From Candidatus Obscuribacterales bacterium (lineage in GTDB: Bacteria; Cyanobacteriota; Vampirovibrionia; Obscuribacterales; Obscuribacteraceae): a DNA stretch of 64,000 bases. Below the pieces are notes generated by a model. That model did not search any database. It was not told the origin of the DNA and worked only from the letters and a program-made list of their open reading frames with translations. Shown here piece by piece: positions 10,832 to 19,536 of the stretch. Position 1 is the stretch's first letter; every line of letters starts with the position of its first letter. The position numbers were made by a program, and so were the translations under genes. The stretch lies in assembly GCA_965228855.1 (NCBI GenBank), contig CBDDIJ010000005.1:992001-1056000 (forward strand). The letters run 5' to 3'.

Positions 10832-11815
10832 ATGTCCAATCAGTACGTAGACGACTTGATTGGCAGCAAGTTCGGCGATTTCACCTTGCAGGAAATTGTC
10901 GGTGAAGGCTCATTTTCACATGTGTTTCGCGCAGTCGATAAACACAAGAATGAAAAAGCCATCAAGATCCCGCGTAAGTTTACATCGGTGAGGGATGAGC
11001 GATTCGAGTTCGTCCCTACACAGGTCTTCATCAAACGCGGGCAGCGTTTCAGCCCACAAGAAGCATCTCCAATTCATATTCTTCGCATTCAGATCGCCCG
11101 CACTCGGCAAGTGGTCGATCAAGGAATTGTGCGAGTCGAAGACTATTCTTTTGACGGCGAAAACAGCTATTGCCGAATGCCATTCCTGTCCGGACAAACA
11201 TTGCGCGAATACATGCGCTCGGGTCCGGTACCAGTGGCGGTGCTGCGCAATCTGGCGCTGACGTTGTCCCGGCTCAATCATATGGAAAGTTTTGCTTACC
11301 ACGGCGATGTAAAACCGGAGAACATGGTCGTCACCGCCAATGGTGTCATACTGGTTGACTGCGGATATTTCGGAAACGTCAACGTCGGTGAAAAACCTGA
11401 TGATGCGCAGAAAACTCTGATCGTGACAACACCTCGCTATTATCCGAGATTGCTGCCCGATGATTTGCTGGCATTTGGTTTGATCCTCTGGGAAGCGGCG
11501 ATGAGAAAGCCGCTAATCGAGGGAGTTGCCTACCACGGAGATTATGCTGGGGAGGCGGTTTCCGAGAGACTGTCCGATCGAGTTCAGGAAGAAGAGGCAA
11601 TCGGAAATTTCAATTACACTTCGATTCTAGGTGCGGAGCGCCCCGGTTCCGTTCGAGAAGGACTGCCACCCCAGGTCGATAACTTACTTCTCCGTGCGGT
11701 GCGTCTCAAATACAACGATGCAAACGAACTCGACATCGACGAAGGTTTTGAAAGTTTCGAAGAGATCGCCGATGAATTGAAACGGCTGACACAGGCGGGG
11801 ATTCATTATCTATAA
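10832..11815 (+). CDS. Atypical soluble Ser/Thr kinase-like protein
   Basis: GEGSFSHV, AIK, YHGDVKPEN, DCG instead of DFG, TTPRYYP instead of GTxxYxAPE. Confidence 0.8.
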   Translation: MSNQYVDDLIGSKFGDFTLQEIVGEGSFSHVFRAVDKHKNEKAIKIPRKFTSVRDERFEFVPTQVFIKRGQRFSPQEASPIHILRIQIARTRQVVDQGIVRVEDYSFDGENSYCRMPFLSGQTLREYMRSGPVPVAVLRNLALTLSRLNHMESFAYHGDVKPENMVVTANGVILVDCGYFGNVNVGEKPDDAQKTLIVTTPRYYPRLLPDDLLAFGLILWEAAMRKPLIEGVAYHGDYAGEAVSERLSDRVQEEEAIGNFNYTSILGAERPGSVREGLPPQVDNLLLRAVRLKYNDANELDIDEGFESFEEIADELKRLTQAGIHYL

Positions 11816-12045
11816 ACGAGAGCGCCTTCCCGCAGCTGCAAGCTGAAAGAACGCTGGCATCGCGTTCTTTCGTGACATTAACGAACCGCCACCGTCGCAG
11901 CAAGCAGCAATTTTCGCGCAGTAAATCGAGTTGAACGCCGCGTAAAATCTGCATGAATTGGGCATGTCGTATGCGAGAATCCAGTCTCGGTTCGACAGAT
12001 AATTATTTATAGTATCGAACCCCATTCAAGCATGCGCCGGACGAA

Positions 12046-14715
12046 GTGATGACAACGTCGGACAGTGAAGTGAAAAAAGTCTGCATCGCGTGTGGTAAAG
12101 ATCCGAGCACGTGTCAGTGCTCGACGGTCAAAGTCTCGATTGAAGATGCGATGAAAGCTATGGACGCGGCCGCTCTGAAATCCGGAGACATCGAAGGTCG
12201 CTATCGCATTCTCGAGAAGGTCGGCGTCGGTGGCATGGGCACCGTATATAGAGCCGAGCATGTCGTACTGCGCAGAGAAGTCGCAATAAAAGTTTTGCGA
12301 TCCGAACTGCTCATGGACTCGATGGCGATGGCTCGATTCGAACAGGAGTCTCGCGCATGCGCGGCATTATCTCATCCGAATCTGGTAGCTGTTTATGACT
12401 GCGGAATAAACGCTCTCAGCCAGCCCTACTTAGTGATGGAGTTTCTGCGCGGCAAGAGTTTAATGGAGATCATCAAAGAAGGTGGTCCGTTGCCGCTGAA
12501 GCAGTTTTTCGAAGTATTCATCGAGGTTACAGCCGCACTCGACTACGCTCATCAAAACCATGTGATTCACCGTGATTTGAAGCCGTCAAATATTCTTTTA
12601 AGTGAAGATCCACGCGGTGGCATGACCACGAAGATTGTCGACTTTGGCGTGGCAAAAATCGAAGACCTTGGTGGTGAGTTTCAAATGCTCACGAGAACGG
12701 GTGAAGTTTTCGGAAGTCCAGCTTACATGAGCCCGGAGCAGTGCCAGGGCAATCAAGTCGATAATCGTTCGGACATTTACGCAATCGGTTGCGTGATGTA
12801 CGAATCCTTATGCGGAAAGCAAGCTTTTAAAGGCGCCAACATCATGACCATCATGACGAAGCAGTTGGAAGACGATCCGGTGCCACCCGAGCGCATTGAG
12901 AACGGTGAAGGATTGCCGGCTGATGTTCAGTTGATGGTGATGACCTGCCTCCGAAAAGATCCGGCTGAGCGGTTTCAGTCCATGAAAGAACTGAAAGAGG
13001 AACTGGAACGGCTTCAACATAACGCGTCCGCGAACCGTCCTGTGCGGCTTGGCTCGCTGACGCTGCCTGCTGTTTTCATTCCGATTATGGTATCGCTAGC
13101 GGTGCTGGCGTGCATTTTTAGTTTCTCTTCATTGATGCCCGGAGGTTCGGTCGATCGTTTTGCCGGTTCGCTGCGGTCGCCGATGTCGAAGGCGATGCTA
13201 GCTACATATACGCACATGCGGCATATGCGAAGAATGTCGATTGACACTTTTGAATCGATGTTGATTGGACCTCAGGCAAAGAGCATCGGCCTGGCTGATA
13301 AGGTTTCCATAGCCGCTGTGCTTTTCGACAAACTGAATCAGCACGACAGCACTCGAAAGGAGATTTTGCCGCTGTACGGCAAGACTGTTGGACCGCTTCT
13401 CAATGACGTGGAGCGCGCGGCGAGTTCCAATCCCAACTCGCTGGACGGGTGCAGGTGGTCTGCGCCTCTGGTTTACAACTATGTCGGTTTGACTTACGAG
13501 AAAAACCGACAATACGCGGACGCTGAGGCAAGATATAAGCGAGGTCTAGCCCTGGCAAATCAGTTGGATTCGCCGCTGTGGGTGCGTTCGAAGCTAGAAC
13601 AAGCGCTTGGCGAAGTATACCTGCACCAGAAGTTTCTGAACTTGGACGCTGCGATTCCCTTACTGGAGAACTCGTTGAAACATTTGCGATCCGAGAAGAA
13701 AGCGGTCAGAGAGCAGCGCAACGAGGCACTCACAGACACCTCCGAGGCGCTCTTCAAGGCGTTGACATTGAAGAATAAACCGAAAGAAGCGGTTGCTGTT
13801 TTGGAAGAGCAGGTAGATTATCTGCGCAAACAAGAGATTATAGATTCGGGCTCGATTGCACGACTAACGAACAGCATAATCGATTTTTACCGCAGTTCGA
13901 GTCAGTGGGAAACAGCTGATAAGTGGAGGAAGGAGCTCGCCAAAATCAATCCGAGCGGCGGCTCCACGGACAGAGGAGCGAATCAGTCCAAGGCATCAAA
14001 TACGGTGCGCCTGGCAAATGCCTGGTCTTTGAGAAACGAACAAAGTCCCTGGCACAAAATTATGGAAGCCTACAAAGCGGCTATTGAAAGGGCTGATGAC
14101 GACCTGGACAAATTCGCAATAGCTCTATTAGCATTTGATACCACTTGCGAGTATAGTCTGTACGATGACGCTAAAGACCTCACCGGATTAATCCAACCCG
14201 CATTAAAGCGAACCCAGGAGAGAGTGAAAGCGGCGGCAAACACCGGTACTCAGGAAGTATCTACCGGTCAGGCGCCGATGGCTCTGTTCTATCTCGCGTT
14301 CACAGAGTATAAGCAAGGCGCCTATCCCGTGGCGGTCAAACATCTGGCGCTGGCAAGAGAGCTTGTTCGTGGACAGCCGGACGAGACGTTCGTATCCGGG
14401 CGGCTGGACGCGCTGGAGGGGAATATGGCCCTGACCTTGAAACAGTATAAAGACGCGGAACAATTGTTGAAGCGCGCGGTGCAAGAATTAAAGGACGGCG
14501 GTGGTGCCAAGAACTTCCGAGTCGCAGATACGCTTGTCTTACTTGGACGCGTGTACATGGAACTTAGAAACTTCAGCGCAGCAAAAGAATGTTTCAACGA
14601 GGCGACGACGATTTACAATACTGAACCATGGAAGGGATGGAATATGTGGCACATCAATTCCGACATCGAGACTCAGCTAATCAAGATGAGAGAGCTTGAG
14701 AAAGGAAAAAAATAA
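12046..14715 (+). CDS. Ser/Thr kinase - TM - TPR receptor-like protein
   Basis: GVGGMG, VAIK, HRDLKPSN, DFG, GSPAYMSPE; TM AVFIPIMVSLAVLACIFSF; TPR-like helical repeats; N-terminal CIACGKDPSTCQC. Confidence 0.92.
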   Translation: MMTTSDSEVKKVCIACGKDPSTCQCSTVKVSIEDAMKAMDAAALKSGDIEGRYRILEKVGVGGMGTVYRAEHVVLRREVAIKVLRSELLMDSMAMARFEQESRACAALSHPNLVAVYDCGINALSQPYLVMEFLRGKSLMEIIKEGGPLPLKQFFEVFIEVTAALDYAHQNHVIHRDLKPSNILLSEDPRGGMTTKIVDFGVAKIEDLGGEFQMLTRTGEVFGSPAYMSPEQCQGNQVDNRSDIYAIGCVMYESLCGKQAFKGANIMTIMTKQLEDDPVPPERIENGEGLPADVQLMVMTCLRKDPAERFQSMKELKEELERLQHNASANRPVRLGSLTLPAVFIPIMVSLAVLACIFSFSSLMPGGSVDRFAGSLRSPMSKAMLATYTHMRHMRRMSIDTFESMLIGPQAKSIGLADKVSIAAVLFDKLNQHDSTRKEILPLYGKTVGPLLNDVERAASSNPNSLDGCRWSAPLVYNYVGLTYEKNRQYADAEARYKRGLALANQLDSPLWVRSKLEQALGEVYLHQKFLNLDAAIPLLENSLKHLRSEKKAVREQRNEALTDTSEALFKALTLKNKPKEAVAVLEEQVDYLRKQEIIDSGSIARLTNSIIDFYRSSSQWETADKWRKELAKINPSGGSTDRGANQSKASNTVRLANAWSLRNEQSPWHKIMEAYKAAIERADDDLDKFAIALLAFDTTCEYSLYDDAKDLTGLIQPALKRTQERVKAAANTGTQEVSTGQAPMALFYLAFTEYKQGAYPVAVKHLALARELVRGQPDETFVSGRLDALEGNMALTLKQYKDAEQLLKRAVQELKDGGGAKNFRVADTLVLLGRVYMELRNFSAAKECFNEATTIYNTEPWKGWNMWHINSDIETQLIKMRELEKGKK

Positions 14716-16179
14716 ATGCCCGCATCCGGGAGTTTCGCTTCGGCAGTTTTGAAACCGTTTGCATGGCTGTATTCTGCAGCAGCTGTGCCTTTCGTGTACA
14801 CACTAAGCTTCGGTTCTGCCGATAGATTACTGCGAGTATCGGAACGTCTGAATGAAGGGGGGTCGTTTCTTCATCACGTATTGCGCAGCATCTACTACGA
14901 ACGATTGAAAATGTATCTGGAGGCTCGTGAAAGCAGTCATAGAGCGCTGGAAATAAACGATCGCAACCACGTGCCCTACTTAAATCTGGCATCGTCGCTC
15001 TGTTTTCTTGGTCGTTACGAAGAGGCGATGGAATATTGCAATCGTGCGCTGGCGATGGGTCGTCCGGACGAAAAATGGAAAGCGATGGCGTTGTCCACGC
15101 GTGTTGATGTTTACATCGCGCTTGGAAAAATGGTGGCAGCGAAGGAAGATGTTGAAACCATTTTTCAGTTGATGAAAAAAGATCCGATAGCGCTCGCTGC
15201 CAGAGCGAAAGTTTCCGACGCACAGGGAGACTATCAACGGGCGTTGGAGGACCTAAACAACGCGATCGAAAATTGCGAACCGATGGATCTGCCGGGCTTG
15301 CTGGAACAGCGGGGCGCTGTTTATGCAAGACTCTCGGGACCCGACGCCGCAGCCACGGATCGGCTGAAGGCGAGTGAAATCAGAAACTCATGGTTGAATG
15401 AGACCCGATTGTTTTCAGCACCGTCATTTCAATCGTCGCTCGTGCGAAACTCGACTGCAATTATGTTTTTCGCGCTGGTGACATTTGCATTTTTAAACCG
15501 CGAATCGACTCTTGGGCTGATGTTGCTGCCTCTTTTCGTGATCGCGCTTTTCCGGCGCTGCGCAGTCGGTCTTGTCACAGGTGCGATTGTCGGCGTAATC
15601 TGTTTGGCATCATTGGGCATGTTCGTCCCCATAAGATTTTGGGAAAACACACAGGCGCAGCCAGTTTCATTCAAGACTCAAACAATTGCAGGCAAACCAT
15701 TCAATCTGGACGGATGGAAAGGCAAGGGCGTTCTCATCTATTACGCGCCATCAGGCGAGGTGGAGACAGACGATACAAAATCACTCAAAGCGGTTTTCAA
15801 CAAATATCCGAGAACAAAGCTAGAGATCGTTGGTATCGTTGACGGTGGCACGACAAAAACGGTCGCCAAAACGCCGTGGCCCATCGTGGCCGGCAAAGGT
15901 CTGGATTCGAAGTCCAAGAGCCAGCTCGACAACCTGGAAAAGGTCAACACATATTTATTGTCGCCGCTCGACCATCACATCGTGGCGCGCAGCAGTCACC
16001 CGGATGGCATCAACGTTCCTCTCGAGTGGATAATGAAGTCACAGGTCGATTTAAAGAACTACTCGCAGAGCGAGGTGCGCGTTCTGAGCTGGATATTAGA
16101 TATACTCGTGCTGGTGCCGGTCCTTATATTCATGGTGCTTGACCGTACGCTGCAAAAATTCGTGACAGGTGAGGACTAA
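14716..16179 (+). CDS. TPR + multi-TM + degenerate TlpA/thioredoxin-like domain protein
   Basis: TPRs (YLNLASSLCFLGRYEEA, GDYQRALEDLNNAI), about three TMs, GKPFNLDGWKGKGVLIYY...LEIVGI, C-terminal TM; start abuts the previous stop. Confidence 0.7.
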   Translation: MPASGSFASAVLKPFAWLYSAAAVPFVYTLSFGSADRLLRVSERLNEGGSFLHHVLRSIYYERLKMYLEARESSHRALEINDRNHVPYLNLASSLCFLGRYEEAMEYCNRALAMGRPDEKWKAMALSTRVDVYIALGKMVAAKEDVETIFQLMKKDPIALAARAKVSDAQGDYQRALEDLNNAIENCEPMDLPGLLEQRGAVYARLSGPDAAATDRLKASEIRNSWLNETRLFSAPSFQSSLVRNSTAIMFFALVTFAFLNRESTLGLMLLPLFVIALFRRCAVGLVTGAIVGVICLASLGMFVPIRFWENTQAQPVSFKTQTIAGKPFNLDGWKGKGVLIYYAPSGEVETDDTKSLKAVFNKYPRTKLEIVGIVDGGTTKTVAKTPWPIVAGKGLDSKSKSQLDNLEKVNTYLLSPLDHHIVARSSHPDGINVPLEWIMKSQVDLKNYSQSEVRVLSWILDILVLVPVLIFMVLDRTLQKFVTGED

Positions 16180-16181
16180 CT

Positions 16182-16655
16182 ATGAAAACAAACGCCACGC
16201 GAATTTTAGATAGCCTAAACATCAAATACTCTTTGCGCGAGTACGAGGTCGATCCTAACGACTTGACGGCAGAAACCGTCGCGCAAAAAATCGGATTTCC
16301 GACCGAGCAAGTATTTAAAACCCTTGTGGTGATCGGCAGCAAGAATGGTGTTTGTCTGGCTGTAGTGGCTGGAAACGCACAATTAGATTTGAAGGCTCTT
16401 GCGAAAATGACCGGTGACCGTAGCGTCGATACCGCGCCACTAAAGGATGTTCAGAATCTTACCGGCTACATCCGCGGCGGCGTCACCGCCCTGGCCTGCA
16501 AAAAAAACTATCCCGTATACGTCGACGAAAACGTTTACTTATTCGATGAAATCTCAATCTCCGCCGGCGTGCGTGGAACCCAAATCATAATAGCGCCCGA
16601 TGACTACATCTCGGCGACCAAAGCCACTGTCGGTCAAATCGCCAAGGACGCCTGA
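16182..16655 (+). CDS. ybaK: Cys-tRNA(Pro) deacylase
   Basis: MKTNATRILD, QVFKTLV, LDLKALA, TGYIRGGVT, SAGVRG. Confidence 0.93.
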   Translation: MKTNATRILDSLNIKYSLREYEVDPNDLTAETVAQKIGFPTEQVFKTLVVIGSKNGVCLAVVAGNAQLDLKALAKMTGDRSVDTAPLKDVQNLTGYIRGGVTALACKKNYPVYVDENVYLFDEISISAGVRGTQIIIAPDDYISATKATVGQIAKDA

Positions 16656-16720
16656 CGGTCTTATGAATCGAGCTCACCAGGCCGGTGACACGAAAAAACG
16701 TAAAACGGCTGGAAAAGTGA

Positions 16721-17194
16721 TTAGCCGCCGCCCAGTAATAAAGTTGGTTTAGCAACGGCACCTGGCTGTTGAATCAGCTCGTTAGCCATTTCATCGATTA
16801 CGGTTTCAAGAGGCGCATCCGATGCGAACTCACGCTCCTTGCCGTTCTGAGTCCAGCGACCGTCCTTATCTTTACCCGTTACGTAAAGCGAGACACATCG
16901 AGGCTTTGCGTGAATCGTGAAGAGAACTGACTGGCGTTCAAAATCATCCCATCGTTTGAGATTCAGAGCCTCGAGAATTGGCGAACCCGGCGTGACATCT
17001 TCGTCAGGAGTCGTGACAACTGGATTTCCGTCTACCAGCCGCCGGTAAACTTCAGCTTTCCATTTATCGACTTCCGGCACGTCGAAAAACTGTACAGGAC
17101 CAGTCTCGACATAAACGCCCGCCTCATTCTCTGCAACCAGCGGAAGTATAACCTTCTGGCCGACGGCATAGAGATAAACTCGGACCATGCTCAT
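16721..17194 (-). CDS. Hypothetical protein, possibly toxin-immunity-like
   Basis: ORF 16721-17281; start placed at ATG 17194 after a GAGG element; globular alpha/beta composition. Confidence 0.6.
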   Translation of the reverse strand: MSMVRVYLYAVGQKVILPLVAENEAGVYVETGPVQFFDVPEVDKWKAEVYRRLVDGNPVVTTPDEDVTPGSPILEALNLKRWDDFERQSVLFTIHAKPRCVSLYVTGKDKDGRWTQNGKEREFASDAPLETVIDEMANELIQQPGAVAKPTLLLGGG

Positions 17195-17689
17195 GAGAAT
17201 CGCCTCTAACTTGTGCCCCCACGCATTTAATTTAGCAAAACGCGCCTGATTGAGGATTAAACCGACGACGCTCATCGACAAGCTCTTTCCTGTCCGCCGG
17301 GAACTCTTAGGGCTTTGTCTATTGTGAATAGATTTTAGAACCGTCCGCCAGAGTGATTGCGATGCTCTGCTTCAAGGAAAAATGGGTTACCGTCGACATC
17401 GAACAAAGCTCGGAGCGAGCGTTACGAACTCCGGCTTTGGCCACCAAGCGGATTCGGCGACATTCGCTCGAAAGCTCTTCACGTACAAGCCCCGGAATCG
17501 GCATTGAAAGTCACTCGCACCAAAGACGCAAACCCTGGCTCGATTTCTAGAAAATCTACCCAGAGTAGAAAGAACCCTAAGCGGTGTGCTCGAGTGCATT
17601 AAGCCCTGATGGAAATCCTGAGATTTCTAGGAGCGACTCGCTACGGGATGAGACCGGAGCCCGTAACGCGGAGACTAGACAGGAACCCT

Positions 17690-19237
17690 TTAGCCTTTTC
17701 TCGACACGGCTTCGGCGTCTTTGTCGGGCTGAGCGTCCTTCGCAGTTTTTGGCGGCTCGACTATAGGTTTCATCGTGGGGAATGCGATGACGTCTCTGAT
17801 TGACGCGGAGTCGGTTAAAAACATCACGAGTCGATCGATGCCGATTCCAATACCCATGGTCGGAGGCATTCCGTATTCCATCGCGAGGATGAAATCCAGG
17901 TCAAGCGGCATGGCTTCTTCGTTTCCGGCGGCTTTTTTACGAGCTTGATTTTCCAAACGCTCTCTTTGATCAAGTGGATCTGTCAGCTCGCTGTAGCCGT
18001 TTGCGAGTTCGCGACCGGTGCAGAAGAGCTCGAAGCGCTCGACTTCGCCGGGGTTATTGCGATGCGCCTTTGTGAGCGGCGACACCTCGACCGGGTAGTC
18101 AATTATGAAAGTCGGCTGAATTAGCGAAGCTTCCGCCTTCGACTCGAAAATCGTGTTGATGACCTCGCCGCGGGTTTCTTCCTTGTCCAGGTGTACACCG
18201 AGTTTGGTGGCAGCCTCTTTCATTCCTTCGAATGTCGGAATCGATTCAACATCGAGTCCGCACGCATTCTTGATCGCATCGTTCATGCGAACGCGCTTCC
18301 ATGGACGAGCGAAATCGATCTCGTGCTCGCCGTATTTTACTTTCGTGCCGCCGGCAACAGCAGTCGCGCACTCACAGATCATCTCTTCGGTGAAGTCCAT
18401 GAGGTCGTTGTAGTCGCCATAGGCGCAATACATCTCGAGCATGGTGAACTCGGGATTGTGGCGAGTGCTGATACCCTCGTTGCGGAAGATTCTTCCGATT
18501 TCATAGACGCGCTCGAAACCGCCGACGATCAATCTCTTCAAGTGCAATTCGGTAGCGATGCGCAAGAACAAATCGATATCGAGAGTATTGTGGTGCGTGA
18601 CGAACGGGCGCGCATCGGCGCCGCCAGCCTCGACCTGAAGCGTTGGTGTTTCGATTTCCAGAAAATCTCTGTCGTCAAGAAATTTTCTTATCGTGCGAAT
18701 AACCACACTGCGCTTGCGCAGTGTGTCTCGAACCGAAGGATTGACGAGCATATCGACATAGCGGTGACGATAGCGCGCTTCCACATCATTGAAACCATCC
18801 CAACTATCGGGCATCGGTTGTAACGACTTGCAGAGCAACTCCCAATCGGTGACGCGCACGGAGAGCTCGCCGGCTTTGGTGCGGCGAATGGTTCCGGTGA
18901 CACCGATGTAATCACCCTTATCGAGAAGTTTTCGCTGGTCTAGTTTTTCCTGCGGCAAGCTTTCTTTGTGGCAGAACAATTGAATCTTGCCGGTTTCATC
19001 GTAAAGGTCGACAAACATCCAGCTGTTTCTCTCGTTCATGATTTTGCCGCAAACGCGCACGACATCCTGCGTTTCGACTTCCTTTTCGAGATCTTTGTAC
19101 TGCTCCTGAAGGTCCTGTGCCTTATGGGTTCTCTCGAAACGATAGGGATACGGTTTTATACCGAGCGACTTAAGCTCTTCGAGCTTCCGCAATCTCTCAG
19201 TCCTGAGCCGTCCGCCTTCAATTTCAATACCTGACAC
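17690..19237 (-). CDS. lysS: Lysine--tRNA ligase (class II)
   Basis: RYRHRYVD, GGADARPF, RIATELHLKRL, FRNEG, HNPEFT, GIGIDRL; GTG start at 19237 after AGGAGGT. Confidence 0.98.
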   Translation of the reverse strand: MSGIEIEGGRLRTERLRKLEELKSLGIKPYPYRFERTHKAQDLQEQYKDLEKEVETQDVVRVCGKIMNERNSWMFVDLYDETGKIQLFCHKESLPQEKLDQRKLLDKGDYIGVTGTIRRTKAGELSVRVTDWELLCKSLQPMPDSWDGFNDVEARYRHRYVDMLVNPSVRDTLRKRSVVIRTIRKFLDDRDFLEIETPTLQVEAGGADARPFVTHHNTLDIDLFLRIATELHLKRLIVGGFERVYEIGRIFRNEGISTRHNPEFTMLEMYCAYGDYNDLMDFTEEMICECATAVAGGTKVKYGEHEIDFARPWKRVRMNDAIKNACGLDVESIPTFEGMKEAATKLGVHLDKEETRGEVINTIFESKAEASLIQPTFIIDYPVEVSPLTKAHRNNPGEVERFELFCTGRELANGYSELTDPLDQRERLENQARKKAAGNEEAMPLDLDFILAMEYGMPPTMGIGIGIDRLVMFLTDSASIRDVIAFPTMKPIVEPPKTAKDAQPDKDAEAVSRKG

Positions 19238-19536
19238 GATAGACCTCCTGCCATGTGAATCAACCATGAAGTTCGACTATAGCGCAGGACGCCATACAAA
19301 TCGATTAGTTATTGACTCTTATTACGGTCTTGTTGAGTCTTATCATGTGAAAGGTGTTGAAGAGCTTCGTGATAGAGGCAAGTTTTAATCTCCGCTAGGT
19401 CTAAATATAGCGAGCGCGGGTATTTGGTAAATGTCGTCCAAACCTTACTAATTCGATTTTTTCAAGTTTCGCATATCGCCGATAGACGACCGATACGCGC
19501 ACAGATAGAACGCTCGCGTCCTCCGGCGCAAATCAT

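Noticed and set aside
17290..17690. Possible ncRNA (RNase P, tmRNA, 6S) or 65-aa ORF downstream of lysS
   Set aside because: No diagnostic motifs recognised; ORF 17353-17550 has no clear RBS or family signal; left uncalled
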